From an uncultured Nitrososphaeria archaeon (lineage in GTDB: Archaea > Thermoproteota > Nitrososphaeria_A > Caldarchaeales > Wolframiiraptoraceae): DNA of 56,466 bases. Position numbers and translations under genes: made by a program. The DNA lies in the NCBI GenBank assembly GCA_964637915.1, contig CAZWXN010000002.1, positions 1 to 56,466 on the forward strand, given 5' to 3'. Below, piece by piece: positions 52,916 to 56,466 of the stretch (positions are counted from its first letter, which is position 1; every line of letters starts with the position of its first letter). Below the pieces are notes generated by a model, which was given only the letters and a program-made list of their open reading frames with translations, was not told where the DNA came from and ran no database searches.

Positions 52916-52923
52916 AATATAAA
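52916..52923 (-). promoter_or_regulatory. TATA box TTTATATT ~33 nt upstream of the trpE start codon (short or no leader)
   Basis: Minus strand reads ...CACCAAAGTTTATATTTGTGCACTAATGCCTATCTCGCATGAACGGTG. The box is flanked by GCAC/GTGC 4-bp inverted arms. Confidence 0.45.
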
Positions 52924-53083
52924 CTTTGGTGCTCAAAAAAGATCATTATTACACGGCCCAAAACGGCCTGAAAGGGGCGTATAAGATGCTGGCCAAGGTG
53001 GGCCAGAGACCGCTATAGGCGTATTTAATATGTTGTCCTAGAGGATTAATAGCGCCGGCATCGGAGATAAAAGGCTAAATCAG

Positions 53084-53479
53084 GTGCATGTATATTATTG
53101 TGCAATGTTGGATGGCGGGGAGGCGTGGGGGTGGGGTGATCTTCGGGAAGCTCTTAGGGCGATCCTCGAGGCGATCTTGGGGAGGAGCTGCTTCACGGCT
53201 CTAAGCTTTCACCTTAGGAAGGCTTTAGGCGAGGATCCTATCACAGCATTCCTTAGAAGACCTAGAGACTTTTACCAGGCTTTATCCGCCTTCTTCGGCG
53301 AGAGCGGGGCAACGGTAACCTTCAAGATAATATGCGGTAGACTAATCCTTCTCAGCAGCTCTGAGGAATTGACCCCAGATGATATTTACAATCTCTTGAT
53401 GAGGGATGAGAATGCTGCTAGAAGAGTAATAATCGAGATGCTTGAGAAGCTTGTGAGGAAGAAGGGGCAGCTAGCATAA
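53084..53479 (+). CDS. hypothetical small protein, divergently transcribed from trpE
   Basis: 131-aa ORF (GTG 53084; ATG 53105 gives MLDGGEAWGWGDL...). Helical, with no motif I can assign. Coding status is inferred from length and composition only. Confidence 0.4.
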   Translation: MHVYYCAMLDGGEAWGWGDLREALRAILEAILGRSCFTALSFHLRKALGEDPITAFLRRPRDFYQALSAFFGESGATVTFKIICGRLILLSSSEELTPDDIYNLLMRDENAARRVIIEMLEKLVRKKGQLA

Positions 53480-53541
53480 TCCAATACTTTAGCTTCAAAT
53501 ATGTCTCCGCAAGATCGGGTTTACCCGGCTTATTAGCGGGT

Positions 53542-53985
53542 TTACCTCTTCGGCTTCTGTATCTTGCCCTGCACTAGAAGCTTTAGTGGAACCCCATTCA
53601 CGAGCTCTACCTTGTATCGGACGCCTGGGAGGTCGCCCATGGACCTGCCCAGGGTCCCGCCGATCCCGCAGATTATCACCTCATCATGCTCATCTATCAC
53701 GTTGAGGGCTCCGTCGCCCGGGCAGAAGGCCGTCACGACCTTTCCATTCTTTATCAGCTGAACCCTCACACACTTCCTGACAGCCGAGTTCGGCTGCCTC
53801 GACTCTATCCCGACCTTCTGGATTACTATGCCGCGGGCCATGGGAGCGCCCTCAAGCGGGTCAACCCTCTCCTTGAGCCTTAGCATCCTGACTCGATAAC
53901 TCCTCTGACTCCACCTGAACTTCTTCCTATTCAGCCGGAGCTTTCTCGCAGCGAACTCGCCGTTACCCATCCCGGCCCAAGGCAA
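53542..53985 (-). CDS. rps12: 30S ribosomal protein uS12 (S12P/S23e)
   Basis: [72 protein letters not shown]. Near-identical pattern to crenarchaeal S12. Alternative start ATG 53970, 28 nt from TATA-like TTTAAAA (53996-54002). Confidence 0.95.
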   Translation of the reverse strand: MPWAGMGNGEFAARKLRLNRKKFRWSQRSYRVRMLRLKERVDPLEGAPMARGIVIQKVGIESRQPNSAVRKCVRVQLIKNGKVVTAFCPGDGALNVIDEHDEVIICGIGGTLGRSMGDLPGVRYKVELVNGVPLKLLVQGKIQKPKR

Positions 53986-54005
53986 TCCTCCCAGCTTTTA
54001 AACCT

Positions 54006-55244
54006 TCAGGCGCAAACAGGGCACCGGGCATAGGATATTATTATCAGCGTAACCCGGCCCTCAGCCTGGAGCTCGACAAGCCTGTTCCCGGCAGCCCAGG
54101 CCCTCTCGCCGATCTTCTCGGCGCCAATGTTCCCGAGCAGCCTCATAAATGCCTCCAAGAACTCCGCAGCCTCCTTCTCATCCTCCCAGAGTATCTTCCA
54201 TCGCAACATGTAGCTGTCCCCCCGCTCGTAGAGCTGAAGCACGTCGCCCCTCCAGCCCTCAGCCGACCTGTTAGCCGATATACCGTCGAGATGTGCTCTA
54301 AGAACCTGCCGGATGAAGAACTCGCCCATGACATCTTGTAGAATCAGCCTCCACTCGCCTCCCGGGTGGGGCGGCGGATCAACAATTATCGGCCTCCACC
54401 CCTCAAGATGCTTCTCCGGGTGAAGAATCTGGGCCGTGGATCGAGGTGGATCATCATAGAGCGCGTTCACCATGCTCCAGCCGCCCCGCTCATAGACACA
54501 TCTCACGAAGGGCTCGCCATAGATATATGGGAAGAGCCAGAGAGCCTCAAGCGGCTCGAGGATCGACTCGGGTGATGAGCCGCGAGGCCTAACACCATGC
54601 TCCAACAAGTATCGGGAGCCTATCATGCCCGCCTCGCCCTCGACAAGAGCGCTCAACGCATTCCGTTCATCGGTGGAGCCCGGCCTCGGCAGGCTGAAGT
54701 ATTCACCCTGAAGGATGTGCATTAGTTCATGAGCAAGAATCGAGCCGGCTTCAACCCTATAAGATGGATCGAAGAACTCCTTCACTACGTATATCGTGTG
54801 GTCGGCCGCGCCGGCTATCATATAGCCGCTCACCCGAACCTTAAACTCGGTTAAATTGAAGTCATCAGGGACTATGAAGAGGGATTTTAGAACCGCCTCC
54901 TCGATCCTGACCTGTGTAGTGTTTAGGCCTCCCACGCCCCAGTGCTCCATAACCCAATCCCTCGTGAGGACAATTATTTCAACATCCTCCTTGAGGCTCA
55001 GCCCACGACGCGACTCAACCCAATCCCTCACATATTGTAGGAGTTCGCGGACAGCCTTCTCATACTCCTCATCCGAGATTATTGTGGCCTCGGGCTTTGA
55101 CACTAGAATCGTCTCCGTTACTATTATGGTCTTTGCCCCCACCTGGCCTTGGGAGAGGAGATATGAGAATGTAAATGATGATGCCGCTGTGATTATCAGG
55201 ATTAAGATAATCCAAATTCTAGTCTTCATTAGCCGATGAACCAC
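54006..55244 (-). CDS. putative membrane-anchored/secreted zinc metalloprotease (HExxH), family not recognised
   Basis: 412 aa. N-terminal hydrophobic anchor IWIILILIITAASSFTFSYLL. A single HELMHILQGEY motif, with downstream E-rich LVEGEAG. Confidence 0.45.
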   Translation of the reverse strand: MVHRLMKTRIWIILILIITAASSFTFSYLLSQGQVGAKTIIVTETILVSKPEATIISDEEYEKAVRELLQYVRDWVESRRGLSLKEDVEIIVLTRDWVMEHWGVGGLNTTQVRIEEAVLKSLFIVPDDFNLTEFKVRVSGYMIAGAADHTIYVVKEFFDPSYRVEAGSILAHELMHILQGEYFSLPRPGSTDERNALSALVEGEAGMIGSRYLLEHGVRPRGSSPESILEPLEALWLFPYIYGEPFVRCVYERGGWSMVNALYDDPPRSTAQILHPEKHLEGWRPIIVDPPPHPGGEWRLILQDVMGEFFIRQVLRAHLDGISANRSAEGWRGDVLQLYERGDSYMLRWKILWEDEKEAAEFLEAFMRLLGNIGAEKIGERAWAAGNRLVELQAEGRVTLIIISYARCPVCA

Positions 55245-55286
55245 CTAGACTTCACGAGATAAAAAATGTTGTGTGTTACAGGTTTT

Positions 55287-55853
55287 TTATGCTGGAGGTG
55301 GTGGGGGCGGAGGTGGAGCCCTTTCAACAGGTATCTGGAAGAACGCGATTATCTGAAGGATTATTGCGACGAGGGCGACAATAGCGCCCACGAGGATTAT
55401 CGTCAATATCGCTCCGATGAGGTATAGGAGGGCTGCTGTAGAGAACATCTTGACGTTCAGGCTCGTGGCTATTGAGTTGAAGCTTCGCCTGATGAATATC
55501 GCGGATATGATACCGAGTATCCAGACGACAATAAGCACGGCTATCAGGGTCATGAGCATTCCAGCAAGGGTAGCTATAGGCCCACCCGCCATGAGTAGGC
55601 CCATGCTTCCGAGAAGTCCCGCAACTCCCATTACCGCAGCCACGATAGCCGAGATTATCCCTATTATCACTGCGATCAAGTAGTTGTTAAAGATCGTGCG
55701 ATCACCCGTGTGATCCGAGATATACTTGACTGCAATAAGGACTAGGATGAAGCCGATGATGCTCAACACGGTGCCAGCATATGGGACAAATGCCAAGAGC
55801 ATTAAGATGGATCCGATGCCTCCGAAAAGTCTTGCTTGCTCTAGAGCTGGCAT
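55287..55853 (-). CDS. DUF996-like archaeal integral membrane protein with C-terminal octa-proline tail
   Basis: LFGGIGSILMLLAFVPYAGTVLSIIGFILVLIAVKYISD resembles the DUF996 N-terminal signature. Five or more hydrophobic helices. The C-terminus is ERAPPPPPPPPA (Pro codons 55293-55316). Confidence 0.6.
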   Translation of the reverse strand: MPALEQARLFGGIGSILMLLAFVPYAGTVLSIIGFILVLIAVKYISDHTGDRTIFNNYLIAVIIGIISAIVAAVMGVAGLLGSMGLLMAGGPIATLAGMLMTLIAVLIVVWILGIISAIFIRRSFNSIATSLNVKMFSTAALLYLIGAILTIILVGAIVALVAIILQIIAFFQIPVERAPPPPPPPPA

Positions 55854-55854
55854 G

Positions 55855-55868
55855 CAACAATATTGTTG
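55855..55868. promoter_or_regulatory. perfect 14-bp palindrome CAACAATATTGTTG between the TATA-like box and the start codon of the DUF996 gene
   Basis: The palindrome is 55855-55868. TATA-like TTTTATA (minus strand, 55878-55884) is centred 28 nt from ATG 55853. The palindrome therefore covers the expected TSS. Confidence 0.5.
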
Positions 55869-55902
55869 TATTTCCGGTATAAAAGGATTTCAAAAACTTG
55901 TG

Positions 55903-56208
55903 TTAGAGGTTCTCGATAATTCTGATCAACGCCTGTTTGAAGTCTTCCGGGGATGCTCCCTCAATCCACTCGACCCTCTCTCTTAGGAAGTTGTCGAGCT
56001 TGTTCAGCAGATTGTCTCTCTCCTTGATGCTCAGTCCTACAAGGGACTCACCGATTCTATTGAGCTCCTCAGCCGGCTCTCCAAAGAAGTCCCCGGTAAA
56101 GGTTGCATGCATTATCATGTCACCACGTATGGCTATGCATAGCCTCACTGTCTTTCCCCTTTCAGACCTGTACACTACGCTTCTCCTAATCTCCGCCTGC
56201 AAGCCCAA
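55903..56208 (-). CDS. lplB: stand-alone lipoate-protein ligase C-terminal (accessory) domain protein, LplB-like
   Basis: 101 aa. ...VRLCIAIRGDMIMHATFTGDFFGEPAEELNRIGESLVGL matches the LplA C-terminal domain pattern (I....F.GDFF..P...I..LE..L.G). It directly follows the catalytic-domain gene. Confidence 0.5.
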   Translation of the reverse strand: MGLQAEIRRSVVYRSERGKTVRLCIAIRGDMIMHATFTGDFFGEPAEELNRIGESLVGLSIKERDNLLNKLDNFLRERVEWIEGASPEDFKQALIRIIENL

Positions 56209-56466
56209 CCCTCCTGAGTATCAACGCATCCCTATCCCTGTCTGGGCACCCCCTACATGGCCCCAGATTCCAGTCTACTGTCAGGTACTTATTCCTATAA
56301 AGATCCTCAGCCATTTTCTTCTCCCAGCTCGTCAGCTCACCAAGCATGAACTCCTCGCCGAATATCTCCTCGAATCCTTTCAGGAGCGCGGCCTTAACTT
56401 CATCCATTGTAATCTCGCGGTTAAGCTCATTCTTCAAGGTCGTAACTCTCGCCCTCACACTACCCA
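56186..56466 (-). CDS. lplA: lipoate-protein ligase A catalytic domain protein (C-terminal end only; N-terminus beyond the window edge)
   Basis: ...ITMDEVKAALLKGFEEIFGEEFMLGELTSWEKKMAEDLYRNKYLTVDWNLG resembles the end of the LplA/BPL_LplA_LipB catalytic domain. The frame is open to the window end. Confidence 0.5.
   Translation of the reverse strand, partial: GSVRARVTTLKNELNREITMDEVKAALLKGFEEIFGEEFMLGELTSWEKKMAEDLYRNKYLTVDWNLGPCRGCPDRDRDALILRRVGLAGGD

Noticed and set aside
1-56466. Search for tRNA, rRNA, CRISPR arrays, C/D-box sRNAs, IS elements and integrases in all gaps over 60 nt (e.g. 3083-3261, 10740-10980, 13766-13873, 25110-25445, 33967-34066, 46373-46471, 52887-53083).
   Set aside because: I saw no cloverleaf-compatible sequence, no repeat-spacer periodicity, no RUGAUGA...CUGA pair at sRNA spacing (only AUGAUGG at 25223-25229, which is the leader ORF start), and no transposase or integrase-like ORF. 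This was inspection by eye only. tRNAscan-SE, Infernal/Rfam and a CRISPR finder should confirm it.

Overview
This looks like an archaeal chromosomal segment. Signals point to a TACK/Thermoproteota-like organism. Operon heads carry TATA-like boxes about 30 nt from the start codon, and GGAGGTG-N6-start ribosome sites sit inside operons. The window also has the archaeal ADH route to dehydroquinate, a GHMP-type shikimate kinase, FlaI/FlaJ-type pilus genes and an archaeal uS12. I count about 57 protein genes at high coding density, mostly G+C-rich. I found no rRNA, tRNA, CRISPR array, transposase or integrase by eye.

Gene content, left to right:
- Two divergent radical-SAM genes, one with a complete SPASM domain.
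- A membrane-anchored coiled-coil/AbrB protein.
- A sugar and central-carbon group: FucI-like isomerase, rpe, a MalK-like ABC ATPase, a PPi-type phosphofructokinase, deoC, an SDR and a Gfo/Idh/MocA oxidoreductase.
- A P-type cation ATPase.
- A divergent homocitrate-synthase-like enzyme next to an isocitrate/isopropylmalate-type dehydrogenase.
- Family-4 UDG, moaD and moaE.
- A four-gene type IV pilus-like locus, followed by a convergent 850-aa repeat-domain surface protein.
- A complete seven-gene shikimate operon (aroA'-aroB'-aroD-aroE-aroK-aroA-aroC), with convergent pheA-tyrA.
- A type IA topoisomerase and an M48 peptidase, divergent from a membrane-tethered wHTH protein and a sequon-rich secreted helical protein.
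- One 13.8-kb minus-strand run: trpEGDCFBA followed by pyrFEBIKCDG.
- An isolated rps12, a putative HExxH protease, a DUF996 protein and a split lipoate-protein ligase.

The most interesting observation is the unusually long (335 nt) region in front of the aro operon. It holds a short ORF whose last codons are almost all Trp/Tyr/Phe. Its stop codon sits in the loop of a perfect GC hairpin, and it is followed by duplicated T-tract/Shine-Dalgarno modules. This is a candidate leader-peptide attenuator, a mechanism I do not know to be established in Archaea.

Other candidates for follow-up:
- The pilus-like locus with an uncharacterised TM/multi-CxxC protein.
- Three single-pass membrane proteins with cytoplasmic DNA-binding-type domains.
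- An M48-peptidase/membrane-wHTH divergent pair.
- A 1-nt frame disruption in a low-G+C two-gene island.

All functional calls rest on motif recognition by eye. No database search was run.
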